DNA of 64,000 nt, from the NCBI GenBank assembly GCA_044345405.1, contig JBIJBE010000015.1, positions 13,855-77,854 on the forward strand, read 5' to 3'. Below, in pieces: positions 26,497 to 36,821 of the stretch. Both the position numbers and the translations under genes were made by a program. The stretch is from Bdellovibrionota bacterium (GTDB lineage: Bacteria > Bdellovibrionota_C > UBA2361 > OMII01). The notes under the pieces are model-generated. The model was given only the letters and a program-made list of their open reading frames with translations. It ran no database searches and had not been told where the DNA came from. Each line of letters starts with the position of its first letter. The stretch's first letter is position 1.

Positions 26497-27990
26497 CTAT
26501 CGCTGTCGCTCGCTAGCCTCTTTTAGAGCCTGTGAGAACCAGCCAGTCGTCTCTTGAGACGGGCGGGACGCAGGGGCATGAGGTACCTTTTCAGCTCGGT
26601 CCCTCTGGATGTCACCTAGCCGCTTCTCAATCGCGTCATACAAAAGTGAATATTCGCTCACTCCATCCGGATTGGCGTCGAACGCGGCTCCCATCACCTC
26701 GATCGCTGAATTAAGGAAAGAGACCTCTGTTATCCTCGGCAACGCGCGATAGAGGATATAAGCAACACAATTCGCCCTTCTTATAGCGGTATCTCCAGCC
26801 TCGCTCCCTTCAGCACTATCTTTTGCACGTTTCACAACCAACCCAAGGGCGGAGTTGAGGGTAGCGGGTCGCACATCGTCTCCCCCATGCCCCTGCTCCA
26901 GCTCCAGCGCGCAAAACGTAATCACCGCGATTGATTCGCGCTCAGAGTCACCCAAATGTAGCCTGCCGCGTTCCAAGGCTTGGAACAGCGTTGCCACTGT
27001 CGCTCCCGGGAGATCGTAGCGACGAACCGCCTGGACGGTGCCATCCTGCATCGGCTCATAGGCGAAGCACTGATGCGCAAGTTTAAGTGCCGTGCTCAAA
27101 AGGATGGCGCCAACCGCTGCCTGCTGTTGAGGGTCGGAGATAGTATCTTTCGCATCGAGGTCCTTAAACCGGAGCTTGACTTCATCGGCCGCCGCCATTA
27201 GACCATTGCGCGACAGCTCTCCGGTATTATACCTCGCCTGTAATGACGCGAGCGCGCCGACGGTGGAAAGCGCCCGAATTGTAAGACTTATTCTCTCTAC
27301 GTTCCGATTTTCATTAAAAACCAATCCCGACTCAACCACGGCCTCCGCTAACCGAGCCCCCAGCCCCATGCGGTTACTGATGTCAGCGAGGGTCATCTCA
27401 GGTTGATAGTGTGAGGAAATTCTCCGGTGACACGGAGTTGGATCGCACAGTGTCGCGAGCAGCGCATCACATTGGCCTACGGCCTGGCGGTCGCGTGGAT
27501 CGAACGCTCCCATTCGCAGTGCGCATTCCAAAAGAGAAGCGCATGAATCGAGATCTCGAAGCGTCTCCGCGCGGCCCCACGCTTTGCTCACCGTAGCAAG
27601 GATGGTTTGAGGGGCTAACTCGAGTCCTCTGGTGAGAGCCTGATGAGCGACGGAAACGGCGGAAGCGGGATCCTTTGCCTGTAGCTCAACAACACACCGC
27701 TGAGCGGATATCAAAAGACGACGGTCGCTACGGAGGATAGTTTGCGAAAAGGCGTCAAGGACCGCCCAAACCTTCAGAAGGTTTTCCACCGATTGCCCGG
27801 CGTTAATCTCACGTTGTATTCGGTGGAAAATAAAACCGGGAGCTTTCAGAGCTTCTTGCGCGGCGGCCTCTTGGGCGAGCGCAAGAAGGCGCTGAGCGTC
27901 AAGGGTGTCGAGGGCTCGCAGAATCGCTTGAGAACCTATCTCGCTACCCCGTGGGTGCCTATCGTTTGAGCCAAAGGCTTGGTTCACCAT
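26497..27990 (-). CDS. Large Ala/Leu-rich helical hypothetical protein
   Basis: About 500-codon ORF (track 26497..28023); no motif or signal peptide recognised. Confidence 0.6.
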   Translation of the reverse strand: MVNQAFGSNDRHPRGSEIGSQAILRALDTLDAQRLLALAQEAAAQEALKAPGFIFHRIQREINAGQSVENLLKVWAVLDAFSQTILRSDRRLLISAQRCVVELQAKDPASAVSVAHQALTRGLELAPQTILATVSKAWGRAETLRDLDSCASLLECALRMGAFDPRDRQAVGQCDALLATLCDPTPCHRRISSHYQPEMTLADISNRMGLGARLAEAVVESGLVFNENRNVERISLTIRALSTVGALASLQARYNTGELSRNGLMAAADEVKLRFKDLDAKDTISDPQQQAAVGAILLSTALKLAHQCFAYEPMQDGTVQAVRRYDLPGATVATLFQALERGRLHLGDSERESIAVITFCALELEQGHGGDDVRPATLNSALGLVVKRAKDSAEGSEAGDTAIRRANCVAYILYRALPRITEVSFLNSAIEVMGAAFDANPDGVSEYSLLYDAIEKRLGDIQRDRAEKVPHAPASRPSQETTGWFSQALKEASERQR

Positions 27991-28327
27991 AACGGTATAC
28001 AAATAGTGGCCCAATTCACACATGAATTAGACGTAGATAAGGGGGGAGGTAACGAGGTTGTAGATTAGCTCGCTCCCATAAGTCAAAACATAATCTGGAA
28101 AGGAGAGCAAGAACGACTCAACTCACACCTTTTGTAACACTCCCGATCTAATGAGCCCCAGACGAGTAGCACCCCTGTAACGTCATTCGCTCGATAGCGT
28201 GCTAAGTTCTGCTGACTAGCTCCAAACCCTACGAATCACTCATGTAACGTCGTGCACACCTGCGCGTCAGGGATATCGTAGACCAAGGTCACAGCGCCCT
28301 TGCCATTTGAGTGTGAGCGAAAACAGG

Positions 28328-29899
28328 CTACAGCTCCTCGATCCTCTTCAGAATCTCCGATGCCTTCGTTGTAATAGCGTCTACATCTTTCTTACTCATC
28401 TTGTCGATCTGACGATACCCCATACCGATGCGGGGATTCTTCTCGAGCAGCGTCCTATTCCGAATAAGGAAATCCCAGTACAGCGTATTGAAAGGACATC
28501 CCCGCTCCCCGTACTTCTCCTTAAAATTGTAGAAGCACCCGGAGCAGTAGTTCGACATCTTGTTGATGTAGGCGGCGCTTGAGGTATAGGGCTTGGTGCC
28601 AACGATTCCACCATCCGCGAATTGACTCATTCCTCGGGTGTTGGGGAGCTGCACCCATTCGAGAGCGTCCGCGTAGATACCAAGATACCAGTCATCCACC
28701 TCATCAGGAGCGATTCCAGCGAGGATGGTGAAGTTGCCAGTAACCATCAGACGTTGGATGTGGTGTGCGTAGGCTTCCTCGAGTGATTGATCAACGGCGT
28801 GCTTCACACACCGCATCTTGGTATCTCCATCCCAAAAGTAATGGGGTAACGAGCGCTTTGCGCCGAAGAAGTTGAGCGTTTTGTAGCGAGGCATGTGAGC
28901 CCAATAGACACCACGCATGAATTCGCGCCACCCAGCGATCTGCCGCACAAACCCCTCGATCTGCTCGATCGAGATCGCTCCCTTACTCTTGCGCCAGGCG
29001 GTAATAGCCGCCTCAATCACCTCCAAGGGAGAGATCAATTTCACATTCATCGAGAAGGAGATCTTCGAATGGAACAGGAACCGATACTCCGTGTGCATCG
29101 CGTCCTGATAGGAACCGAACTCAGGAAGTAACTTTTCACAAAAATACTGGAGCGCTCGCAGCGATTCATCGCGGGTGACCGGCCAGGTAAAGCGACGCGG
29201 GTCAACAGAGCCGAGTGAAGGAATTTTGAACGACTGCAAGAGCGCGACGAGCTCAGTGACATCTCGCGCGAATTCCAACGGTGGTGGTGGCGTGACATCC
29301 TTAGGAAGCTTCTTTCGGTTCTCGGCGTCGTAGTTCCAACGACCTCCGATCGGCTCACCGTCCTCCATTAAGAGATCGTATTTCCGGCGCACCTCACGAT
29401 AGAAGAGCTCCATGACGTACCGCTTATGACCTTTAAACACCCCTTGAAAGAACTCGGGGGTTGTCAGGAAGTGCTCAGAATCGACAACCCGCATCGGGAC
29501 TGAGGCGCGAGCGCTGATATCCTTCAGCGCTTCGGCCACACGGTACTCATCCGGCGCTTGATATTCACACGAGGAGTAGCGCCCGGTTGCCAGGAGCTCT
29601 TTGATGTTCTCGGCGAAGGAGTGTCGATTGGCGGCGTCATCGAGAGCGATGTATCGAACTGAGAATCCCCGCGCGTCTAACTCTTTCGCGAAGGCGCGCA
29701 TCGCGAGGAAGAAGCCGATAATCTTTTGGATATGGTGTCTAACGTAGGTCGCCTCCTCACGAACCTCCATCAGCACGTACTCGGCGACGCTTGGGTCATC
29801 CGAGAACCATGAATGTTGGATGTTGAGCTGATCCCCAAGTATGATCCGAAGTATTCGCTTCTTCACTCGTTCTCCTTCCGCTTTTTGCTCCGCTGGCAT
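28328..29899 (-). CDS. FeS-cluster bacterial cryptochrome/(6-4) photolyase (PhrB/CryB-type)
   Basis: LILGDQL, HHIQKI, AMRAFA, GGRWNYDAENR, FG.YQDAM, LFHS, EGFVRQI.GWREF, YAHHIQRLMV.GN, KPY.SS..YINKMSNYC..C...CPFN. Confidence 0.93.
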   Translation of the reverse strand: MPAEQKAEGERVKKRILRIILGDQLNIQHSWFSDDPSVAEYVLMEVREEATYVRHHIQKIIGFFLAMRAFAKELDARGFSVRYIALDDAANRHSFAENIKELLATGRYSSCEYQAPDEYRVAEALKDISARASVPMRVVDSEHFLTTPEFFQGVFKGHKRYVMELFYREVRRKYDLLMEDGEPIGGRWNYDAENRKKLPKDVTPPPPLEFARDVTELVALLQSFKIPSLGSVDPRRFTWPVTRDESLRALQYFCEKLLPEFGSYQDAMHTEYRFLFHSKISFSMNVKLISPLEVIEAAITAWRKSKGAISIEQIEGFVRQIAGWREFMRGVYWAHMPRYKTLNFFGAKRSLPHYFWDGDTKMRCVKHAVDQSLEEAYAHHIQRLMVTGNFTILAGIAPDEVDDWYLGIYADALEWVQLPNTRGMSQFADGGIVGTKPYTSSAAYINKMSNYCSGCFYNFKEKYGERGCPFNTLYWDFLIRNRTLLEKNPRIGMGYRQIDKMSKKDVDAITTKASEILKRIEEL

Positions 29900-30049
29900 C
29901 GCTCGCTACAGTAGATGACTCTGTCCCACGTTAATCGCCATCTTTTACGCCATGAGAATGGGCGATGACACACCGGGCAGACCTTTGTCGGGAGTTTCTC
30001 TTTGAGCCCCTTTAGATGGCCCATCTCAGTATCTCCGTACGTCGAAACG

Positions 30050-30754
30050 CTACTGTCCGTCCGTGAACAACACGCTCTTTACGTAGTATCCGACCTCGCC
30101 AGCGAGTAGGAGGGTATAGGCTTTACCGGCCTCAAGGGTGACCGCCCCCGAGTGGAGAGGGGAGCCATCAACGCCTCGTACAGCGGTAACGTTAACCGCG
30201 CCAGCAGGGGCTGCGATGTATCCGGTGTCTCCACCGAAGATGATGGACTGAGCGGGCGCGGTTCCGACAGAAACCGTTACGTCAGCGGCTTTGGTTGCTC
30301 CGTTTACTACGCGCAGAACGGCATTGCCATTCATCTCTGGAATCTCATCCTTGATCAACCGGGTTCTGAGCCCGAAGGTCGTCGTGTCACCGTAGAGTAG
30401 GATGGTGTAACGATCCTTCGACGACCCGTCCACTGAGAAATTTCCCATTACATCTGTTGGAGTTTGCGTGCGAGTCAACGAGAGGGTTTGCACGGAGCCC
30501 GGCAAGGAGCGGTAGCCTTTCGTTCCGGCGAATACCTGCTGCGAGACCAGCGGACCGCTCGAAGCGGACGACGATAGGTCCACGGGCACTCCATCGATAG
30601 CGGCGTGCAGAACTCTCACGCCGTAGGCGCTGTCGCCCTCGGAGCTACCACCGCCACCGCCTCCGCCGCCACCCCCTCCACCACACGCGGAGAGTATCGT
30701 GACCGCGCAACACGCGACCAAACGGAGGATATCTAATCGTGGCATAGATCTCAT
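30050..30754 (-). CDS. Lipoprotein with DUF4397-like beta domains and poly-Gly linker
   Basis: Lipobox LSA|C followed by 12 Gly; two related units, VRVLHA and LRVVNG; LEAGKAYTL. Confidence 0.8.
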   Translation of the reverse strand: MRSMPRLDILRLVACCAVTILSACGGGGGGGGGGGGSSEGDSAYGVRVLHAAIDGVPVDLSSSASSGPLVSQQVFAGTKGYRSLPGSVQTLSLTRTQTPTDVMGNFSVDGSSKDRYTILLYGDTTTFGLRTRLIKDEIPEMNGNAVLRVVNGATKAADVTVSVGTAPAQSIIFGGDTGYIAAPAGAVNVTAVRGVDGSPLHSGAVTLEAGKAYTLLLAGEVGYYVKSVLFTDGQ

Positions 30755-31014
30755 GTAGACCTCTGACTTATGCGCCCGTTTTTCACCTGTAATTCTCAGA
30801 GCCCCTCGGAGAACGGGAAACGGTTCTAACGACTACACTATTCACCACCCCTCGACCCTGAGTAAAGAACCCAGGGGGATTTAAACGGAGATTTTGCCCA
30901 TAGGCAACCAACCGAGCGACCCCCGGGCCGCTCACTTCCCTGCGCAACGGGCACAACATCTCCCGCGCTCCTTGCACCACCCCCCTCCCACGGAGCTATA
31001 ACGGGATCACCTGT

Positions 31015-31593
31015 ATGGAGATTTCCTACCATCACACGCCCACTAAACTGGGGATCGCCGTAGTCGCGCTCTCCCCATTCGGAGTTTGCTTTCTCCAATT
31101 TGGGAAGTCCCTAACGGTTCTTCTCCACAACATGAGAGAGATGTTTCCAACGGACAACCTCGTGGAGGTATCGAAGCGCGAAGATCCCCCCATCGAGAGG
31201 GTTGTGCGCGCGATTCACGCCGCCATAGAGGGAGATGATTCCGTGGCGCAAGCTCTTCCAATAGCTCCTATCGGAACCGAATTTCAGCAGAGGGTGTGGA
31301 ACCATCTGAGGTCCATTCCTTCAGGAGAGGTGAGATCGTATTCGGAGGTCGCCCGCGCGCTTCACGTCCCACTCGCTACGCGCGCTGTGGCCAACGCGTG
31401 CGGAGCAAATTCGATAGCACTCCTCATCCCATGCCATCGGGTTATTCGAAGCGATGGATCGCTCGGGGGGTATCGTTGGGGAGTCCAAGCGAAACGAAAT
31501 CTGCTAGCGGCCGAGGGTGCGAAGCGTCCTAGGGGAGCGAACCACTCCTACCAGGGCAACAGCGTAACGGGAGATATGCCAGAAACGACCTGA
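31015..31593 (+). CDS. ogt: Methylated-DNA--protein-cysteine methyltransferase
   Basis: GTEFQQRVW..L..IP.GE..SY, RAVANACGAN, IPCHRV, GGYRWG...K..LL..E. Confidence 0.95.
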   Translation: MEISYHHTPTKLGIAVVALSPFGVCFLQFGKSLTVLLHNMREMFPTDNLVEVSKREDPPIERVVRAIHAAIEGDDSVAQALPIAPIGTEFQQRVWNHLRSIPSGEVRSYSEVARALHVPLATRAVANACGANSIALLIPCHRVIRSDGSLGGYRWGVQAKRNLLAAEGAKRPRGANHSYQGNSVTGDMPETT

Positions 31594-32264
31594 TCTGGCT
31601 GGCGGTAGCAGATCTCCTCAAGCTCATCACTCCATCCTTGAAGTGTGTGGCGAGAATGTCCTGCCCACTCAAGGTCTCGAACGCTTACAACGTCAATTTG
31701 ACCATACTCATGGTCTTTAAACTCAGCGATGACCCGTTTTGTTTTTCCATCACGAAGCCGTCCCTCAAACCCGGTTTCTCCCTGATCGACGGGGCCAGCG
31801 ACGATATATCCAATAACGTTAAGCCACGTTTTGGTGGGAACAACCTCAACGATCGCGAGCTCAATGATCAGCGTCTCATCATCTGGCGCATCGACGACCT
31901 GATACTTGTTCGCATCGTCATCAGTAAACTGCGCCTTCATCTTATCTCTGAAGTAATTCGCGAGCTCATCAGCCCACTTCTGTTGGTCCCCCGGCGCCAG
32001 GGCGGCTTTTTGCCACCAATCAAGTTTCAAGAGGTGTGTAGTATCGACCGGAGCGACATACACCTTCTTATAGGAGAGAAGGTCGGCGTCCTCCTTTATC
32101 CATGCGGCATTAAAAGGAATATCTTTATTTGCTTGCAGAAGTTGGGTCTGATCCAAGAAGCCCGAATCCGGAAGCGCCTTGGCGCGGCACCCCATGAGTA
32201 TCGAACCGCAGATAAGCGCGCTTACACAGATGGTGGAGGAGAGGAGCTTAGGAAGGGTTCTCAT
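31548..32264 (-). CDS. DUF3313 (YdcL-like) lipoprotein
   Basis: Lipobox LMG|C, SGFLD...L, YKKVYVAPV, TL.IELAI.EV.P, E..L.D..T..VIA.F.D. Confidence 0.75.
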   Translation of the reverse strand: MRTLPKLLSSTICVSALICGSILMGCRAKALPDSGFLDQTQLLQANKDIPFNAAWIKEDADLLSYKKVYVAPVDTTHLLKLDWWQKAALAPGDQQKWADELANYFRDKMKAQFTDDDANKYQVVDAPDDETLIIELAIVEVVPTKTWLNVIGYIVAGPVDQGETGFEGRLRDGKTKRVIAEFKDHEYGQIDVVSVRDLEWAGHSRHTLQGWSDELEEICYRQPDQVVSGISPVTLLPW

Positions 32265-32376
32265 ATACTCGGTGACCTCTTGTGAAAGTGGGGCGCTACG
32301 CGCGCCGACCTACAGCTGAGTACCACACCGCGCGGGCCGAGGTGAAGCCCAAAGATGGCGAGCGCGGCTTGAAGAG

Positions 32377-33015
32377 TTAACGCACCCCCCACTCGCGAAG
32401 CTTCGCGAGCGCCACATCCTCTGGTCGCTCGATCTTGTCGCTCGTGTTGTTGATGTGGAACATGGTATTGCCCCGACGCAACATGCCGCTAATCTTCAAA
32501 CCATACTTCGCGAGGTTTCGAGAGAGGGTATACTCTCCCATCCGCCAATGCTCCGGATGTTTAAAAACTTTCTTCCACTCCTCGAACGTACCGGGGAGAG
32601 GCTCCCAGAGATCATGCGTGTGCTTTGACGTCGCCACGAGGCACTCAACGATTCCGTAGTAGCGTCCGTCACGAATGAAGTAACTGTCATTCTCAACGTG
32701 AAAGAAGTGACGAATGTCGTAGTACCACCAATTTCCAACATTTGAGGCTGGATGCCACTCCGTGAAGTCATCAATGTGGGGATGCACGAGCATGTCGGCG
32801 TCGATACTAATGTTCCAGTCGTACTCCCTTCCCAGTTCGTATATCTGCTGCTTTTCGCAAACAACGGGCCAATCAGGGAACTTCCGCTCGGTAATGACCC
32901 GGAAGTCCGCTCGTAGTCTATCCGCGTATGCCTTGAGGTTCGGCAACGTGATGTCACACATGGCGGTTTGCCATCCAGGTGTTGCCACGACGAAAACACA
33001 TTTCTTGAGAGCCAT
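32377..33015 (-). CDS. Putative small GT-A fold glycosyltransferase
   Basis: TLPNLKAYADRL.ADF..I, EK..IYEL..EYDW...IDADMLV (DxD), late HI motif. Confidence 0.55.
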   Translation of the reverse strand: MALKKCVFVVATPGWQTAMCDITLPNLKAYADRLRADFRVITERKFPDWPVVCEKQQIYELGREYDWNISIDADMLVHPHIDDFTEWHPASNVGNWWYYDIRHFFHVENDSYFIRDGRYYGIVECLVATSKHTHDLWEPLPGTFEEWKKVFKHPEHWRMGEYTLSRNLAKYGLKISGMLRRGNTMFHINNTSDKIERPEDVALAKLREWGVR

Positions 33016-33201
33016 ACGTGAAGCTGTCTTGTTTAGATACACTCTTGAAGTATCACGCCCCTCGCTTCCGTGCCAGAACATCAAAGAGAGTCACCGTTTG
33101 AGCCTCCCTGACTAGCCTCATCCCCACCCGCTACACAGCTCGGTACCCTTTAACCTCAATCGAAAGAGGTTAGGTCCAACAACCAAGGAGGTCGGTGCGC
33201 G

Positions 33202-33435
33202 ATGGGAACCTGTACTATGTGCCATAACAGATACGACAAAACGTTCGACATCATCCAGGCGGGGCACACCTATACGTTCGACTGTTTCGAGTGCGCCATT
33301 CAGGCCCTTGCCCCGACGTGCCTTCGTTGTGGATGCCGCATCATAGGCCACGGAGTTGAGCACGACGAAAAGTTTTATTGTGGAGCCCACTGCGCCCACG
33401 CAGAGGGGATCGCGGAGGCTCGAGACCGGGTCTAG
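33202..33435 (+). CDS. Cys/His-rich small metal-binding protein (prokaryotic metallothionein-like)
   Basis: CxxC, FDCFECAI, CxxCGCRIIGHG, YCGAHCA; AAGGAGG RBS. Confidence 0.85.
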   Translation: MGTCTMCHNRYDKTFDIIQAGHTYTFDCFECAIQALAPTCLRCGCRIIGHGVEHDEKFYCGAHCAHAEGIAEARDRV

Positions 33436-33767
33436 AGGCACTTTCAAACAACATATACAAACCGCAAACTCCGCGGCTAGGCATCATCTCGGTGCCTCCC
33501 CCTCTGCCGAAAATTGGGGGGGCCCTCCCACCGGTTTGAATCTCCTCTCATCAAATCGGTACACAGGCACGTGAGCGGATACTTTTTCCTTTAATCAGGA
33601 GTCTCTTCTCTACCAGCGCGACAGAGCTCACTCCAACCGGCTTTTTTTCGTACGCAAAAAAGTAGGGGCTAGGAAGAGCCCTTCCACTCTTCATAGCCTC
33701 ACGCGCACCTAACTATTCACTCTTATTCGCAACTTCGTCTTGGCTCGGTGCTTGCCCAAGACCTCCC

Positions 33768-35774
33768 GTGGCTATTGTGCGCCCTGTTGTTCGGAGCCCA
33801 ATTATGATGTTCTCTCCCCTCTTGCTTACGTCTCCTATAATCCGATCAATCCTCCTTGTCGGATTCTTTATCTCTCTTACGCGCCCTGTCTCAGCGCAAT
33901 CGAGTTCATCGACCGACACCTCTCCGAAAAAGGTGCTTCGGGGACAAGAGATAGTCGTCTCATTTCCCTCCATGACCGGTGGCTTTTCAGCCCGAGCGTC
34001 CGCGAAGATATCAAACCTCAAAGCAGGTAGTGGAACCCGGCTTGCGAAGAAACTCTCAGAGGATCGACTCGGAGTATTCTCATCGAGCGCGAACTTGGGA
34101 ACTCAGGGAATAGAGCCATTTGAGATCTCTGCCGCGAGCGTCCAAGCGATGTGCGCCTCAATTCGGTCAGCTAACGCGGGGGTTGATATTACGTGTGAGG
34201 CGAACACTCTTGTAGCCACTAACATAAACCCGAACGATCCTCAGTACAGCGCGCTCTACGGAATGGCTAAGATCAGCGCTCCTCTCGCGTGGGACATCTC
34301 AACAGGCTCAACGAGCTCTGTGGTAGCTATTATCGATACTGGTATCGAGTATACTCACCCAGATCTTGTGGATAACATCGCCACTAATACTCAAGAGATC
34401 CCAAACAACGGTGTCGACGATGACGCCAACGGCTACATCGACGATTACTATGGATACGATTTCATTAACAACGACTCGAATCCAATAGACGACCACTACC
34501 ACGGCACGCACTGCGCCGGCACGGTAGGCGCGAAAGGCAATAACAGCAAGGGTGTGACCGGTGTGAACTGGACGGTCAAACTGATGCCGGTAAAGGTTCT
34601 TGACGCGTCCGGTTCTGGCACGCTCGCCTCAGTAGTGGCGGGAATGAACTACGCTGTAAAGCGTGGGGTCAAAATTATGAGCATGTCGCTGGGAACAACA
34701 GCCTACAGCTCAACGCTGGAAAACGCGGTCATCAACGCGCGTAACGCTGGAGTGCTTGTCGTCGCAGCCGCCGGCAACAGCTCCCAAAATACCGATATCT
34801 ACCCCCAATATCCGTCGGCGTTCCCTCAGGATAACGTTCTCGCCGTCGCGGCCAGCAACTCGACGGACGTGCTCGCCTACTTCTCCAACTACGGAGCGAC
34901 CACGGTTGACCTGGCGGCGCCAGGAGAAAGCATTCTCAGCACCTACATCGGTGGTCAATACGCGTACGCGAGTGGTACCTCAATGGCTACCCCTCACGTC
35001 GCCGGTATGGCCGCATTGCTCCTCGCGGTGAATCCATCGCTATCGTACTCCTCAATCAAATCGATCCTGATGGGCACTGTAGATCCTCTACCATCGATGT
35101 CAGGAAAATTGGCATCGGGTGGTCGCGCTAATCTCTACAAAGCTGTGATGCAAGCGAAATCGGGACAAACCCCGACCCCCCTTCCAACGGTGAGCGCCAC
35201 AGCGACCCCGATTCGAACCGCGACAGCGACACCCACAGCGACACCCACTCGCACCGCGACACCCACAGCTACTCGCACCGCGACAGCTACACCTACACGC
35301 ACGGCGACCCCCACACCAACGTGGACACCAACCATCATCGTGACCGCTACCCCAACAAGGACGCCAACGTGGACACCTACCAAGCAAGCGACGAGCACTC
35401 CACCGCCAACCTCGACACCGACAAAGGCACCCACTATCGCGCCGACCGCTATGCCGACGATGACTCATACCCCAGCACCAACGCCTCCAGCGATGGAGCC
35501 TCCGGCTGACTCTGAACCAAACCCGAATAGTATCTCAATCGGCACAGAGCGAACTCGCACCCGTGTCTATGTGTTTGGCGAAGTGCTTGATGACGCCGAC
35601 GTTCCTCAAGCTGAGCTCTCCGTGAAGATGAACTGCGGTGGGCGCGTTGTCGCAACCCGGACAACTGACCTTGAAGGCTACTATGAGTTCATCTTCAAAC
35701 GGCCATCGAAACCTGTTCGTTGCTACACTGAGGACGCCACAGGGGCTCGGTCTCGACGCATTACCGTTCGCTAA
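33768..35774 (+). CDS. Secreted S8 subtilisin-like serine protease with Thr/Pro linker and C-terminal beta-sandwich
   Basis: Catalytic triad [24 protein letters not shown]; AAAGN oxyanion motif; signal peptide ending VSA|Q. Exact start uncertain. Confidence 0.95.
   Translation: MAIVRPVVRSPIMMFSPLLLTSPIIRSILLVGFFISLTRPVSAQSSSSTDTSPKKVLRGQEIVVSFPSMTGGFSARASAKISNLKAGSGTRLAKKLSEDRLGVFSSSANLGTQGIEPFEISAASVQAMCASIRSANAGVDITCEANTLVATNINPNDPQYSALYGMAKISAPLAWDISTGSTSSVVAIIDTGIEYTHPDLVDNIATNTQEIPNNGVDDDANGYIDDYYGYDFINNDSNPIDDHYHGTHCAGTVGAKGNNSKGVTGVNWTVKLMPVKVLDASGSGTLASVVAGMNYAVKRGVKIMSMSLGTTAYSSTLENAVINARNAGVLVVAAAGNSSQNTDIYPQYPSAFPQDNVLAVAASNSTDVLAYFSNYGATTVDLAAPGESILSTYIGGQYAYASGTSMATPHVAGMAALLLAVNPSLSYSSIKSILMGTVDPLPSMSGKLASGGRANLYKAVMQAKSGQTPTPLPTVSATATPIRTATATPTATPTRTATPTATRTATATPTRTATPTPTWTPTIIVTATPTRTPTWTPTKQATSTPPPTSTPTKAPTIAPTAMPTMTHTPAPTPPAMEPPADSEPNPNSISIGTERTRTRVYVFGEVLDDADVPQAELSVKMNCGGRVVATRTTDLEGYYEFIFKRPSKPVRCYTEDATGARSRRITVR
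35166..35490 (+). repeat. Degenerate coding repeat ([11 protein letters not shown] units), Thr/Pro-rich linker
   Basis: Recurring CGCACCGCGACA / ACACCCACAGC units. Confidence 0.85.
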
Positions 35775-35791
35775 AGCGTTCCCACACACCA

Positions 35792-35825
35792 GGGGCTGAG
35801 CGTTGTCGCTCAGCCCCCTTTTTTT
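35792..35825 (+). terminator. Rho-independent terminator after the subtilase
   Basis: GGGGCTGAGCG-TTGT-CGCTCAGCCCC followed by C and 7 T. Confidence 0.92.
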
Positions 35826-36247
35826 GGTACCTAGGCACGTCCATTACAGTAAGAGTCTCTCTGGAGCCGTCGCGTCGACCGCTGAACCGATGGGCACCAG
35901 ATCCGCCATGAAGCCAGGGATTTTTAACCGCAACGGACGGGAAGGACACAAAGACAGGGGGAGGCTTTGTGCGTACATCACGTGCAGTGGGTTCCCCCCT
36001 AGTTGACTAGTCGCCGTGAAGGACAATAATAGTGAGATGTTCCAAAAGGTCCGACAATTTCAAACACCCCGCGAGTACAGCGACGAGACTCAACGCCTCG
36101 ATTTGAGAAGACTCGTAACCATGAAACCCTCGTACGAGAGCGTCGACGCAATCCCTGAGACGCGAACATACACACCCTATCCGTCTCAAACCCCGAAGGC
36201 AGCAACGCCGTCCTCTCCTGAGACGAAAAAGTAGCAGTCACGGGAAC

Positions 36248-36652
36248 CTATTCAGCCTGTCGCTCAGGTCGGTTGTTAAATCTTTCACGCTCATGCCGAG
36301 ATGCCTTGGAACCCCGTCGAGCTTCGTAGGCCTGTAACTGCCGCCGAGCCGCTCTACATGCGTCACGCATCGCGACATATACATCCTCATGCGCGTGATT
36401 CATCTCTGGATCGTGTGTCACCTCGACATCCAAGCCCGGCAGATGCAACCGTATCGATACATGATAGAGATTACCTTGATGGTGGTGGCGATGCCGTGCC
36501 TCGATAACCATCTTTCCTCTCATTATGTCGGGCGATAAACGCGCGAGACGCTGCAACAACGCCTCCCCTCGGTTGCGCACAGCCTCTGACGGTTCCATTG
36601 AGTGAAATATAACGGAGAAATGTCCCACGTCGGTCATAAAACTCTTTTCCAC
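36248..36652 (-). CDS. HPF/RaiA family ribosome-associated protein
   Basis: I.FHSMEPSEAV, HRHHHQG..YHV.I.L.LPG, HEDVYVA.RDA..AARRQL. Confidence 0.85.
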   Translation of the reverse strand: MEKSFMTDVGHFSVIFHSMEPSEAVRNRGEALLQRLARLSPDIMRGKMVIEARHRHHHQGNLYHVSIRLHLPGLDVEVTHDPEMNHAHEDVYVAMRDACRAARRQLQAYEARRGSKASRHERERFNNRPERQAE

Positions 36653-36821
36653 AAAGTTCGAACGCTATAGTGACGTCTCTCAGATAGACCAGACATGCGC
36701 GTCTTCATATCAGCCCTCTCGCGCGCTCCCCGACCCTTAGCCAGCTCATAGCTCAGGACCCCGATGAGCCCCATTCTCATCTCCTCACACTCGTCTAACT
36801 CTCTCTTTGATGCTGGGGCCT

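Noticed and set aside
28040-28255. Recurrent TGTAAC(GTC) words in the intergenic region
   Set aside because: Short, irregularly spaced, and cannot be distinguished from chance by eye.
30640-30685. Poly-Gly codon run as a phase-variable repeat
   Set aside because: Mixed GGN codons, in frame; an ordinary lipoprotein linker.
31638-32285. 215 aa plus-strand ORF (and similar long antisense ORFs at 39388-40032, 47792-48322, 60573-61343)
   Set aside because: Each overlaps a better-supported gene on the opposite strand.
32284-32311. GAAAG-N15-GCCGACCT sigma28-like match on the plus strand
   Set aside because: Points antisense into a minus-strand gene with no plus-strand gene nearby; treated as a chance match.
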